A program made the translations under genes and the position numbers. 64,000 nt of DNA. Origin: Callorhinchus milii. Its lineage: Eukaryota. This document shows positions 25,138 through 38,652 of this stretch, in pieces (the first letter of the stretch is position 1; every line of letters begins with the position of its first letter). The notes under the pieces are model-generated. The model did not search any database and had not been told where the DNA came from. It saw only the letters and a list, made by a program, of their open reading frames with translations. The stretch is taken from positions 42,720,001-42,784,000 of the forward strand of contig NW_024704743.1 of NCBI RefSeq assembly GCF_018977255.1, read 5' to 3'.

Positions 25138-25584
25138 ATTCAAAGCAACGTTCTGGACATGAAACAAATATGATCCGGTGGTGTTCTTTTTTGTTGTCAA
25201 GTGCTCAATGAAGTTTTTATTCGATCAAGATGAGGGATATCACTGAAGATTGGGACACTTCTTTCTTTATTATCTATTTTTGGTATTAAGGATTTATAGT
25301 TAAAGGTACAGTATGAATCATAATGTACCTTTGCAATCTACTAAGTGTAAAGGGCCCTCAGTTCTGTCCATAAAAATATGCCTCAATACAAAACTCAGAA
25401 ACATCTACTGCATCAATATGTACTTTCTATTTTCTCTTCACCTGTGTAGGTTCAAAGAGTAAGACTAAATATGTAAATATGCCAATGAAGTTGAATATTG
25501 GATGTTAATGATATTTTGCCAAATATTTTTTCAGAGATATGCAGACGTTACCCAAACTCACGTATCATTTGCAGTATATAGTAA

Positions 25585-27184
25585 CAAATGACGTCCTCTC
25601 TCTCTGTGACCAGAGCTCCCTCTGATTCCTTGTTCTTCTGGACCTCTCCGCTAAGTTCGACACAGTAGATCACGCCATCCTCCTCCACCACCTCTCATCT
25701 CTCATCCACCTCAGTGAGATCGAACTTGCATGGGTCGAGTCCTGTTTAACTAACTGCCAACAATACATCTCAGCAAATGGTTTCTCCTCCCGCCCCACCC
25801 AGTCACCTGCGGGGTACCCCAGGGCTCCATTCTTGGCCCCCTTTTTTTCCTTTCTACACACTCCCTTTCAGGAATGTCATCCACAGACGTGGAGTCAACT
25901 TTTGCATGTCCGCAGATGACACCCAAATCTACTTCTCCTCCTCCAGCTGCTTCTCCCAGTCCACTGATATCCTGTCAGCTTGTTTGACAGACATCAAGGC
26001 CTGGATGAGCGCAAATTTCCAGCAGCTGAATATCAGCAAGATAAAAGCCATACTCTTTGGCTCCCGTAAACCTCTTTTTTCCTGCGGGTCTGAGCTCCTC
26101 AACCTCCCTGGGCTCTTCCTCAAACTCACCAAACCATGGTCAACTTAGGTATCATATTCTATCCCCGGCTTTCCTTTCTACCCCACATCTACTACCTGAC
26201 CAGGACAGCTTTTTTCCACCACCGTCACATTGCCTGCCTCCGTCCGTACCTCACAACAAAAGCAGCCGAAACCCTTGTCCACAACTTTGTTACTTCCTGG
26301 CTGGACTATTCCAATGCCTCCTCACTGGTCTCCCCAGCTCCACAAATACACAAAATGCAATTAATACAAAACTCTGCCAGCCGGATTCATACATGCACAA
26401 AACTCTGTGTCCTCTATTACACCTGCCCTTGCTAGGCTCAACTGGCTCCAAATTACTGAATGGATCAATTTCAAGATCCTCTTACCCAACTTCAAACCAC
26501 TTCACCACCACCTCCCTACCTTAACCCCCTTTGCTTATCCCCCACTCCACCACCTGCTGCCTCCGCTCAGCTGGCTCCGGCCACCTGTTCGTCCCTCGTC
26601 CCCTACATTGCCTCTGCTCAGCGGGCTCTGGCCTGCTTCACATCCCCTGCCTTGCTCACCCCACTATTGGTGGGCGGGCCTTCCGCCACTCTGCACCCAC
26701 CCTCTGGAAGTCTATCCCGCAGTCCTACCATCTCGCCCCTTCCCTTGCCATCTTCAAGACCCACCTCAAGACTCTCCTCTTCGACCGTGCTTTCAATCTT
26801 CCTGCTTCCCCCCCTGCCTTCCCCTCTCTCCCACTCTGACCCTCAGCTCGGGTCCAAAACTCTGTCTGTCTAGCGTCTTGGGATGTCCTCCCGACATGAA
26901 AGGTGCTACATAAATGTAATTTTGTTGTTGTTGTTGTTGTCGTCGGTGGCCATGCGTTCAGCCACCACTCCCTGAAACTCTGGAGCTCCCTCCCACAATC
27001 CATTCACCTTTCACCGTCCCTCCAACAATTCCAAATCCTGCCTAAAGACTTTCCTTTTTGATCGTGCTTACGGTCACCTCCCCCCTCTCTTTTCCCCTGG
27101 CTCGGGGTCAGACTCCGCCACTGTCAAGCACTCCGGGACACTATCCCTCGTGAAGAGCACTATATAAATGCAAGTTGTTGTTGT
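25585..27184 (+). mobile_element. L2 LINE (25585-26940) followed directly by a second L2 3' fragment (26941-27184)
   Basis: SADDTQIY, AAETLVHNFVTSWLDYSNA and FKTHLKTLLFDRAF motifs; two successive stem-loop/(TTG)n tails. Confidence 0.92.
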
Positions 27185-27360
27185 ATAAATCTTGATCAGC
27201 GTAGACATTTGTTGTAAATGTCTATGGTTCTATGCAGGATCCATACCAGAGAAGGGCTCTAGTGAAAGTTAGAAAAAAGGTTATTACAAACATTTGGACA
27301 ACACATCATTTAAAATTCCTTTTAAAAATTCTCTCAAATTGTCCTTTTTAAAAAAAATAA

Positions 27361-27614
27361 ATGGGTCTAATTTGGGATTTTCACAAACCAGATTTGTTGC
27401 ATTTATTGCAACTTCTGATTTGCCAAATTGGCAGCAAGTTTGGTCATTTTATGCAACTGTTTTGCTCACCCGAGTTTTTATAAATTTTGTTGACTTGGGT
27501 TTTGGGACACCCAGCCTGCACATTTCGCTGTAAATTTCCCAAACAATAGTCTCAATCCAGTAGTTACAATTAGCACATCAAATCTGGTTGACAAATATTG
27601 TAAACTGAAACCCA
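27361..27614. mobile_element. Degenerate MITE-like element with ~60-bp terminal inverted repeats
   Basis: ATGGGTCTAATTTGG...AACCAGATTTGTTGCATTTATTGCAACTTCTGATT pairs imperfectly with AATCCAGTAGTTACAATTAGCACATCAAATCTGGTT...AAACCCAT. Confidence 0.55.
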
Positions 27615-28584
27615 TGTGATTTGAATGGAGCAACGCATCCTGAATAAGGCAATGGGTAAAGGACAGTGCAGGGCAGTGGAATTGAATTAACACTTTGCTC
27701 TGAGAGCTGGTGCAGACTCGATGGGCTGAATGCTCTCCTTCTGTGCTGTAAATTTCTATGATTCTATAATTTTATGAATCACTCTGAATGTACTCTAGAA
27801 TCTACATCAATTGAATATTCATGTGTATTCTCTAAATATACATGTGCAATAGATGCACCATCATTATTTACAGTCTGAATTTTGCAGTAGATTTTCGATA
27901 GTCAAGGGAAAGAAAGCTGCAGTAATCCTCAAAGAATTAATCTATCGGGTCCAAATCAAGTGAAGCCAGTTCACCAGTGGCAGACTCATTGATGCAGCAG
28001 TAATTCATCCTCTGCCCAGGAGTATTCGGGATTTGGATTGAAAGCTGACATTTTTATTACTTTCCTTCTGTGTGAGATGGGAAAAGACCTCAATGCCTTC
28101 AGCTAAGGACTGATTGTAGTAATGGGCAACTGTTAGCCATATTGATTGCCCTGCACAGCTTAATCTGCTACATCGCTTCATATCAAACTTTTGCTACTCA
28201 GAACAAACAGTGCAGAACAGATCCCATTGAAACAGACTTCTTATAGAATTCAGGACGTGACTCCCTGTATGAGCTGCTCTTCCTAACCAAAAAACGTTCA
28301 AAAAGTTTGCTGTTCTAATAGAAAAAAATCGACTATTCTGAAAAAAGCGAGTGAAACCTCTGTTTTAAGGTCTCATCTAAGAGATAGCGTGTCTGACAAC
28401 AATAATACAGAGGAGTCTCATTATAAAACAGTTGTTGGGATCTGTAAAATCCCAACCCACAATACAGCCGCTTTCACTGAACCTGCACATTGAACTCTTT
28501 ATAGATGTCATTCTTGTTGATGCAAGAAAGAATGGCAAGAGACTATAGCAGTAAAATTATACTTTAGACCAATGGTGACCAACA

Positions 28585-28664
28585 TTTTTGGTCGACCAAC
28601 AAAAGTCATTTTCTTGATTGACTATATCTTGATTTATGCCATAAATCAAGAAATATTCAATCAA
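28585..28664. repeat. Palindromic dispersed repeat (25-bp arms, 1-nt centre), related to 2691-2749
   Basis: TTGATTGACTATATCTTGATTTATG-C-CATAAATCAAGAAATATTCAATCAA (2 mismatches). The reverse complement of 28585-28642 aligns with 2691-2749. Confidence 0.8.
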
Positions 28665-30924
28665 TTAAAACCTGGAAACACATTACAGATCGAACACAGA
28701 CTTACTTAGACTGGTGTGAATGTTCACGGGATGCTTCTTGATGGCTCAGCAGGCTGGAACCGGACCATGGGCTGTAGTTTGCCCTGGGCTGCCTTAAACA
28801 TTCCAATATATAGCACACTTTAAACAGGTTGTTCAGTGACAAGCTAGTGAATATGTAATTTATTCACGAAGGCAATAATTTTTGGAGCTTTTGAGCCAAT
28901 TCTGTCCCTCTAACTCTACACTCCGCAATGTAAGAATCCTGAGCAGGATAACTCCCGTGTCCATTTGCTGGAAACTAAATCAACAAATGGAGGTAGACTT
29001 TATGCTCTCAGCCAAAGGGAGGAGATGAGATGATAAACCAAGGTCCAGTCTATCTGTTCAGAGACTTGGAATACTGTGACCCGCTCGCCTCAGGAACTGG
29101 CCTACCGAGACTGCCCCGAAGGGCTGGCTTGATTCAGATATTCCGTTGACAAACATGTCACCTTGGAACTAGTTTCACTCCAACAAGACCCCGCTTACCT
29201 TCCCCCAAGGAGGATCCCATGGCATTATTTAAAGCAAAGGGAGTTTCTCTTGGCCAACAATCCCCCAAATAAAATTGGTCATTCACTTTATGGCCGTTTG
29301 CCAGACAATGCTACAAAATACACGGTCACTACACTCTAAACAAGCAAACAAACAAAATTACATTTGTATAGCGCCTTTCACATTGTGAGGACATCCCAAG
29401 TCAATTAGCGTTTCGGACCCGAGCTGGGGGTCGGGATCGGGGAGGGTGGAGGAGAGTCGCAGAGGTAGGGGGGAGCAAGGCCATGGAGGGCTTTGAAAGT
29501 GAAGACCAGGATCTTGAACTCTATTCTTTGTACAGTTGTAACTGTATTACTCGACAGTAAATCGTGTGAAGTATTTTGAGACATTTTGATGATGATGAGG
29601 CCGTGTATCAAATGCAAGTAATTATTATTTTTAAGTGTAGCTACCACATATTCACTATCATTTATAGAGGAGAGTCACACCCGTAAAGTAGCTGGTAAGA
29701 TCAGCCACCTTTAATGTGAATTTGTCTCAAGCTCTCTGTGGCAGTATTGCTGCATACATAAGGTGAAAGGGAAGAGAAGGGTGAATCGGAAGGATGGTGG
29801 CTCATGTGGAATATAAACCACGGCACAGACAATTGGGGCAGAATGATTTGTTTTGATGTCATATCACTTTAAGAGGGCCTCCCGATGTGCAATGTGCTAT
29901 AGAAATTCAATTTGTTGTGTTGTTTATGTAATTAGGTATTTGAGGTATGGAGTGAGAGATCAGAATAATGCCACTTTAGCCTACTTTAACCACTGAATCC
30001 TAAACACAGTGTCATCTGCAGGTATTATCCTCACTCTCTGGATGCATTCCAAAATCAATGACTTAGCATTGAGTTTCCTTCATTTATTACGCTTGTTTTG
30101 AAATTAATTTGAAATGGTGGGTTCGGGCACTATCTCTGGAACTCAGCAATCCCGTTTCTCAAGGGCTCTGCCGCCGAGAACAGCTGGGTATAACTGATAA
30201 ATTCTCAACAGCTGCTCCCTGCAGAGTTTAGCCCAAAAGCTGACAGACTGGAGGACATAAATTAATTCTAAATTTATTGGGATACTTATCTGCCATTGTT
30301 CTAAACAATCAAACAGTTATTTGTGCTGCATTGTGTCAACCTGCATGTATCAGCTGGAGCTGTGTCGCTTTGTTCATTCAGAAGTAATAATAATTTGTCA
30401 ACAGCTAAGATGCACACATGAATGTTGATTAACTCTTCTATAATACCAACATTCGCTGCTAAAAATGCAACTGTCTTTGTGGGACATTGCTGTGAGCAAA
30501 TTGGTGCCAGCAATCATCCACCAAATACACAGTCACTACATTTTACAGTAAATACTGTCAAGTGCTTTGAGATGTCCTTTTGACATGAAAGGCGTGATAC
30601 CAAATGCAAGGATTATTAGCCATGCTTTCACCTTCTCCCAATCACTATCCCATTTTTGTAGGATACCAATAAAAATGTGACCATAAGAAAAGAGTTGCAC
30701 AGGTGGAAGAAAGCCAAGTTGATTAGAGCTGCACAACCTCCTCATCATTTCGTGTGAGATTTTGGGGGTGCAAATAGTGATATTGAGAAGTACTAATTAA
30801 TACTGATGCTGCTAATTGAGATATTCATTGAATTTAGTGACCTTATGATAATCATCATATCAACTGATCTCTAGGTATGCTGGAGATCTCAGTTTCATAT
30901 TTGGTTGTGTCATTTGTTGAGACA

Positions 30925-31215
30925 TTTCCTTTGGATGAGACTTTAAACCGAGTTCTCATCTGCCTGTTCAGGTGGACGTTTCCATGGCACTATTTGAAAA
31001 GAGAAGGAAGTTTCTCCTGGTGTGCTGGCCAACAATTCCCCCAAGTAAAATTGATCACTCATTTCATGGTTGTTTGTGGGACACTGCTGTGCGCAACTGG
31101 CTGCCATATTTCACTCACAAAATACACAGCCAATCCACTTTACAGTATATCCTGTGAAGCACTTTGAGATGTCTCGACGACATGAAAGGAAACATCAAAT
31201 GCAAGGATTATTATA
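30925..31215 (+). mobile_element. Deu-domain SINE, 5'-truncated
   Basis: GGATGAGACTTTAAACCGAG...CTGCCTGTTCAGGTGGACG...CCATGGCACTATTTG core plus the shared 3' module. Confidence 0.82.
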
Positions 31216-33242
31216 ATTTCTTTAGAAAAGGGGTGTGTTGTATGAACTGTGGTTAGGCATAAACCAGAGTAAAGAAAAAAGAAGTCTTGATTACAATAAG
31301 TATTTTTCTCTGCATTGAGTCTGCTAACTCACTCAACTTCTGAACAATTAATCTATTTTTCATAAATGTACCTTGTATAATAATAATCCTTGCATTTCAT
31401 ATATCACTTATGAAGTTGCGAATGTCCCAAAGTGCTTGAATGTTTCACTGTAAAGTGCAGTGATTATTTGCAGAGGAACATGACAGCCGGTTTCCGCACC
31501 GCAATGTCCACAAAAAGTCATGAAATGAATGATCATTTATCTTACCTGGTTCCTCATTGTCCACCTGAATAGGCAGACAGGACCTTGGTTTAAAGTCTCA
31601 TTCAAAGGGCAGCACCTCTGTCAATGCAGTGCACCGTGGTCCAGCAATGTATTGGACAGTCTGTACATCCAATACCTTCATCACATCCAGGCTCAATTAC
31701 TCAACTTTTCTGCCTTCTGAACTCCCCAGCTGCTCCCTAAACAAGCATTAGGCCATCCAGAACCCTGCAGCCTATATCCTCTCCTGCATCAGGCTCCCCA
31801 AGCCCAGTAGATTGAATTCAAGATCCTCGTCCTCATTTTCAAATTCCTCTCTGGTATCTCCCCACCCAATCTCATGATCTTAAAAACCTCGGTTGCTCCC
31901 TACACTTAGCAAATACAGGTTTGCTGCATATTTCTTGCCCACTCTGCCCCACCATCAGTGGTGATCCTTTGGTCAATCTGCCTCACTTTCCTGAATTTCA
32001 TCCCAAGATAGAATCACCTTAAGGCATATCTCTCTGAACAAGCTTTTGGCTACTTTTCACATCCCCTCCTCAGTCCCATCTCTCCTTTCCCCCCTCCCGA
32101 CCCAGAGCTGTGAGGTACTTTGAGATGTCTTTCCAACATGAAAGGTGCTATATAAATGTAAATTGTTATTATCATTGTCAGCCTAGACAGTGCAAACAAG
32201 GATTGAACAGTGCTAGAGAATGTGAACTCAATCAGTATTAGAACGTGAGCAAGATTTCTTTCTCTGAGTGAAGCATTTGAACTCAGATGAATTAACAGTA
32301 CGGATGATTTTCTCAGCACCTCCAGTGTTGCCTCTGTACCTGATGATGTTCTGACCCAGGATTGGTTAAGTCTAATTGATTCAAACTGTTCAAATATACC
32401 GTAGATAAATCTAAATTGACCTGAATGAGCATACTTTGGGCCAATTCAGATTTTAAATTGACCTTGCAGTTCATCCCAAGGGATTCAGCCATGACTCTTT
32501 TTGTGTAAACAGAAGGAGTGTAGCAGAGGCTTTTGTTCAAATAGAATCTGTAATATTTCCCCTTTAGCAATGAACTGGAGCCCACTGAGTCATTATTCCT
32601 TCGATATCTGTCATTTAGAGAACCCATCATAACAAATAAAGGTCTGTCATTTTAATAGCACGTTATCACTTCTAAATGTCTCAACATGTTCCACTGGTAA
32701 TTGCTGTCAGGTGTTGTGATGTTTTTGTAGGCAAACACAACCTTTTGCACCAACAGGGCACCCTGGCATGAGGTGACCGACCAATTATTCTGGAAATTTG
32801 TTGCCCGAGACACCGAGAGAAACTTTTTTTTCCCAAATAGTATCATCAGACCTTCAACAAGCATTTCAGTAGGTGAATAGGACCTCAGTTTAAAGTCTCA
32901 TCTGACATTAAACCAAGGCCATACATTTATCGTTATAACCATTATATAGAGAGCGCGATACATAAAGCATTATATAGTATTTGCATTTTTCACATGCAAT
33001 TTAATGCAGTTAATTGGTAAATGAATCACCAAACAAGCCAATTTGTCAGCACAGTTCTTAGAATCATAAAAATGTATTTACAAAGGAGGAGTGGTCCATT
33101 ATTATTATTAGAATAATCCAAACAGCAATTTCTACAAATGTGTTTGGGTATCAAAGATTGGCCACGTAAATAACATACAAGTTGTGGGTTAAACATGTTG
33201 CACCAATGCATTTCACCAATATTTATTTTTGATACATTTGAA

Positions 33243-33630
33243 TAATAATAATAATAATCCTTGCATTTGATATAGCTCATTATCATATCATTGAGACGTC
33301 TCAAAGCGCTTCACAAAATATACTGTAAAGACTGTAGATTTTGTGACAGCGAGTTGTGCACAGCAGTGTCCTGGTATACACCATGGAGTGAGTGACCAAT
33401 TTTATTTGGGGGATTGTTGGCCAGGACATCGGGAGGAACTTTTCTTTTTGAATAGTCCCATGGAATCTTTAACATCCACCTGAACAGGCAGACAGAGCCT
33501 TGGATTAACGTCTCATCTGAAGGACAGCACCTCCAACAATGAAACACCCCCTAGTATTTCTTTGGTTTGTCAGTTTAGACGATGTGATTGTAAGTCCCAA
33601 CCTGGATCTTGAACCCACAACATTTAAACT
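33243..33630 (-). mobile_element. Deu-domain SINE, near full length
   Basis: (TAA)n tail, reverse-complement core TTAACATCCACCTGAACAGGCAGAC...CGTCTCATCTGAAGG and B box CTTGAACCC. Confidence 0.85.
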
Positions 33631-34316
33631 GATGTTTCTCATACTAAGTGCAGCTGAAACCTTTATCCATCCCTTTGTAACTACTCCTTTCTGTTTTTTC
33701 TAGATCCACCTTACATAAATTTCAACCTATCCAAAACTCTGACACCCAAACCCTCATTCGCACCTAACTCTGCAAGCAATCACCCCAGTCCTTGCCAGGC
33801 TCCAGTGATTCCGTCTCCAGGGACTCGATTTCAAGGCCATCACCCTCACCTATAAATGCCAATACACCCTACCACCTCCCTATCTCTTTGATCTCCTCCT
33901 ACCCCACTCCTCTGCCTGCCCTCTCTACTCGTCTAATTCAAATTTGCCTCTCATTCCCAGCCCTTCCCTACCATCAGTAGCCAAGCTTTAAGGTTCTATG
34001 CCCTTAACCCCTGGAACTCCTCCCTCTATCTCTCCCTCATACCCCCTCTCCATCTGTCTTTAAGTCCAAATTTAAGACCTACTTCCTTGGCCATGCATAG
34101 GGTCAGTGCTCCTTGACGGAACCCTATCTGAAGGGCACTATGTAATAAAAATATAATAACAATCCTTGCATTTGATATAGCACCTTATCACATCGTTGAC
34201 ACGTCTCCAAGCGCTTCAAAGAATATACTGTAAAGCGAATCGACTGTGTATTTTGTGGCCAAAACAAGGGAGCTAATTGCGCACAGCAGTGTCCCACAAA
34301 CACACATGTATATATA

Positions 34317-34909
34317 CTAGCTGTGCCTGTTGCAGCTTCGCTTGCAACCAAAGGACCAATATGGAACGTAGGTTGACACACAAACAGATACATAAACAGT
34401 CTTTATCTATATTCATCTTGGAGGGCGCCTGTGGGAGGACTCATTTTAGGAGGACTCAGTGGGATGACTCAGGGCTTTAAAAATGTAATTTTATTGTTGT
34501 TGCTATGGCTTAGCTTCGTCTGTGTTCTTTATTTTGTTCCTGCTGCCGCTTGGCTATGTGCGTGCTCTGTGACGCAGGATGGGCGACCAGGTGTAACTGT
34601 ATAGTATGTGGACATATACACGTGCTCTGTGACGTATGATGCGAAAGGGCCACTTTGACTCGGAGGCCACCATGTGCAACTGCAGCGAGAAGCACAAAAC
34701 TGAAATACATTTTAGGTCCAAACTCATGATCAATAGGAGACACCCAAAAACAAATATGCCCATGTCACGTCTCGGTGCAAGACCTTCCTGATGAGGTATA
34801 AATCATGTCTCTACATCAATTGATTATTGAGATCCTTCTTGAAGCGCAGACAGACAGACAGACAGGCAGGCAGGCAGACAGACAGACATTGTCATTTTGT
34901 TAGCATAGA
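34317..34909 (-). mobile_element. Non-autonomous Helitron-like (rolling-circle) element
   Basis: Minus strand starts A|TCTATGCTAACAAAATGACAATG followed by (TCTG/CCTG)n and ends GTTGCAAGCGAAGCTGCAAC-AGGCACAG-CTAG|T. It has a 5' TC, a 3' CTAG, a subterminal hairpin, and sits between A and T in TA-rich DNA. Confidence 0.78.
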
Positions 34910-36774
34910 TATATATATATACCAAGTTATTGTTGTTGGATCCTGCTAAAATGAATGCACAGAGTAGAAGCTGAACAGCAGTAAACTTGTCCCGTTGGAA
35001 TAAAGAAAAAGTTTATGCTATAACTGTTGCTGAATACGCCTTGCGTTCCTCCTGCTCAGCTGATATTATAGAAACCGTGTGCTGTTGAATGCATGTCAAA
35101 GACATTCAGCCTCTGCATTGGGACAATAGTGAATGACTGGCTTAACTGGAAATTGATCTATTTTCAGAATTTGACTAACGCATGGAATGCATCTGCTTTT
35201 CTAAGTGAGATGTGATGTCATTCACCAATGGACCACATTCCACCTTCTTCTCTTTCATTTTCAAATTAAATTTAAGTTCTTTTCTATCCGTCAAAATCAT
35301 CCCTAAAGGCTTTGAAAGAAAATCTAATTTCTTCTAATGCACTTTAATTTCACATTTCTAAACACAGTTATGGATTTAATCTCAAATAACTGCATTTGTA
35401 GTGAAAGACCTAACAAGAGCTGTTTAAATTGTGTTGATATTAAAGAGATGTTTTATTGATTAAATACAAAACTGCAGCCTATAGAATATAAGAAAGGCAG
35501 TCAGATTGTACAGTTTGATACAAGTAGCTTAACATGAAAAGGCATCTACTTGCCTATGAAATATTTCAAAATTATGTAAAATTAATTTTACATATTTCAG
35601 TATTGTCTAGACAATTTCTATTAGTCATCTAGTTGGAAACAATCTCGAGTACTGGTGCTCACAGTAAAAATAGGAATTGTGTTTCCGCATTTCACTTAAT
35701 ACTTACTTCTTGTTCTTTCAGCTTCCCCTCTCACATAGACCAGAGGATTCAGGTACAGGGATGCAGAGGGCAATTTAAGGAGGGACACCAGAAAATATTT
35801 AATTTACCCAAAGAGTACCTGGGATGGGTTATCAGGAAGGGTTGTTGAGGGCAGGACAATGTTTTAAAAACAGCTTGATGCTATAATAAGAAGGCAGTAA
35901 GGTGTTTATTCTGGAACAATGAGATCAAATGGACCAGAGGGATCTCTTCATCCAAATTTCTTTTGTGATCTCTTGATTATATATTGTTAAGCACTCCGAG
36001 ACATTGTCCAACATGAAGGCCGCTATATAAATGCAAGTTGTTGTTGTTCCTAAGTCAAAAGGAAAAACTTTCTCCATGAAATCCAACTTCCTAGGTGCTC
36101 CAACAAGGTGTCCCAAACTGGAATGCAAACCAGCCCTTGCTCTCAATGGAGCCTGACTCAATTCACCTTGTGTTGACTTGAACAGTCGTAAGGGGAGAGA
36201 CATTTTACATTACATTATTGTATTTTGGTACTACACAATAGTAAGTAACTCCAAATCCAAACAAAGTGTTTTAAAAACCAAACTATTCTACAAGAAATGA
36301 AATTTGACTCGTGATCAACTGATCAAATAGAGGGCAAATGGAAACTGCAGTAAACAAAGAGGGTGTGGGGATACATTTCTCAACCAGTTAAGTCACTGAG
36401 GAACCAGTAACCTTGGACAAGAATGCAGACTGACAGGCTATGAAGTCCTCTTTTCTTTCTTTCAGACAAGCTGTCAGCCTCATCCCAAGCTCGTCACATT
36501 GAACACTGTGTCAGTCAGGTTTGCACATTTTGTACCTCTGGACCTTACAGGCAATTAAACAGTCCATTACAAAGAATGACAGCTACAGAGAAGGATAACA
36601 GCTCCAATTTGTTGCAGCTTTATTCATTGTAAATGTGAAGACTGGAAAGGATTAACTATGTTATTTTCTACAAAAAGAAAATCAATGACATAGGGTTTAT
36701 TTTTAATGAGCTCAGAGTCAAACTATTAGTAACAAATGGATTATCGGTTTATAATAAAGGCATTTTTGGCTCTC

Positions 36775-38652
36775 GAATGCCAAAATTGCGTTTACTCTAA
36801 AACCATTTTAGCGGCCAAAAACAACCCAAAGGCACTGTTCTCCACCATCCATCACCTCCTCCACGTATCCCGCCCTCCCCTCCTCCCCACAAGCTGCCTC
36901 CAATCCTCACTTCAAACGGCAAGTGCGAAGAGGTCCTCGACTTCTTTGCATCAAAGGTGAAAATTATCCACTTGGCTGCATCCTCCGACCCCTCCTTCTG
37001 CTATGGACTCCAACATTCGGCCCTCCTTACATTCCATTGCCCTGATTACACACCCCTCTCTCTCAACCACCATCTCCCAGGTGAAGCCCACCACCTGCTG
37101 CCTCAAACCCTCCCCACCTAGCTGTTGGTCATCCAACTCACCCTCCTCTCCCCGCTGCTGGCCAACACAATCAACCAGTTACTCTCCTTAGGTTCTGTTT
37201 CTTTCCTCCTTAAAACTGCTGTCATCACACCCCTCCTCAAAAAATCCACCCTTGACCCCTCCAACTTCACAAATTACCGACCCATTTCTAGCCTGCCATT
37301 CCTTGCCAAAACTCTGGAACATGTTGTAACTAACCAGCTTTTCTCTCATCTCTCCCTCCACTCCCTCCTTGAGCCCCTCCAGTCTGGTTTCTGCCCTGTC
37401 CACAGCACAGACACAGCATTTGTCAAAGTCATAAATGATGTAATCTCTCTCTGTGACCAGGGATCCCTTTGCTTCCTCATCCTCCTGGACCTCTCCGCTG
37501 TGTTCAACATAGTCAACCATGCCATCTTCATCCACCGCCTCTCTCTCCTCCCTCATCCACCTTAGTGGGACTGCGCAAGCCTAACTAACTGCCTTCACTT
37601 TACCTCTTCAAACAGTTTCTCCTCCCGCCCAGTCACCTGTGGTGTACCCCAGGATTCCATCCTTGGCCCCCTCCTCTTCCTCATTTATATGCTTCCTCTT
37701 GGCTGAAGTTTACATGGGGTAAATTTCCACATGTGTGCAGTGACAAACAAATCTACTTCTTCTCCATCAGCTGCGAATCCAGGTCCGCCGATGTTCTCTC
37801 GGCTTGGCTGGCAGACAACAGAGCATGGATGAGCAAAATCTTCCTACAACTCAATGTTGACAAGACAGAAGTTATACTCACTGGCTCCCATCAATGTCTT
37901 CTATCCTGCGGCTCTAACCTCCTCAACCTCCAAACCAGTGCGCAACCTCGGCATCAGGATCGACCTACAGCTGTCCTTCCTTCCCCACATCCAGTCCCTG
38001 ATCAAGACCACCTTCCTCCACCTCCATCACATTGTCCGCCTCTGACTATACCTTAACCCAGATGCAGATGAAATACTCGTCCATGCGTTCGTCACCTCCC
38101 AATTCGACTTCTCAAATGCCCTCTTTGCTGGGCTCCACAGCTACACCATGCACTGTATCCAGCTGATCCAAAACTCCGCCACCTGCACACTCACCTGTAC
38201 TAAACTCCGTAACTCCATCACACTACGTCTAGCCAGGCTCCACTGGCTCCCTATTGCCGGATCGATTTCAAGATCTTCACACCTGTTTTCAATTCCCTTC
38301 ATGCCCTGCCACCTCCCTACCTCTCCAACCTGCTCACCGCCCCAACCCATAAACTGCTGCCCCCGCTCTACTGGATCTGGCTGTCTGCATATCCCTCGTG
38401 CCCTCCATTCACCATTGATGGTCGTGCTTTCATCCACTATGCCCTGAAACTCTGGAACATTTTTCCTTTAATTCGTCCGGCTTGCCCCTTCCTTCCCCAT
38501 CTTCAGATCCCGCCTGAAAACCTTCTTCTTCGACCATGCCTACAATCACCTCCCTCTCGTCCCGGCTTGGCACTGGGCTCTGCCACTGTCAAGTACTCTG
38601 GGATGCTACCCTGCGTGAGGGACACTGTAAAAAATGCAAGTTGTTGTTGTTG
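36775..38652 (+). mobile_element. L2 LINE, older, 5'-truncated
   Basis: NYRPISSLPFLAKTLEHVV, QSGFCPVHSTDTA and LLDLSAVF motifs; many frameshifts; AAATGCAAG(TTG)n tail. Confidence 0.93.

Noticed and set aside
32180..32640. Possible hAT transposase C-terminal relic on the minus strand
   Set aside because: Only a vague resemblance (LAHVLILIEFTFSSTVQSLF); too degraded to support without a profile search.
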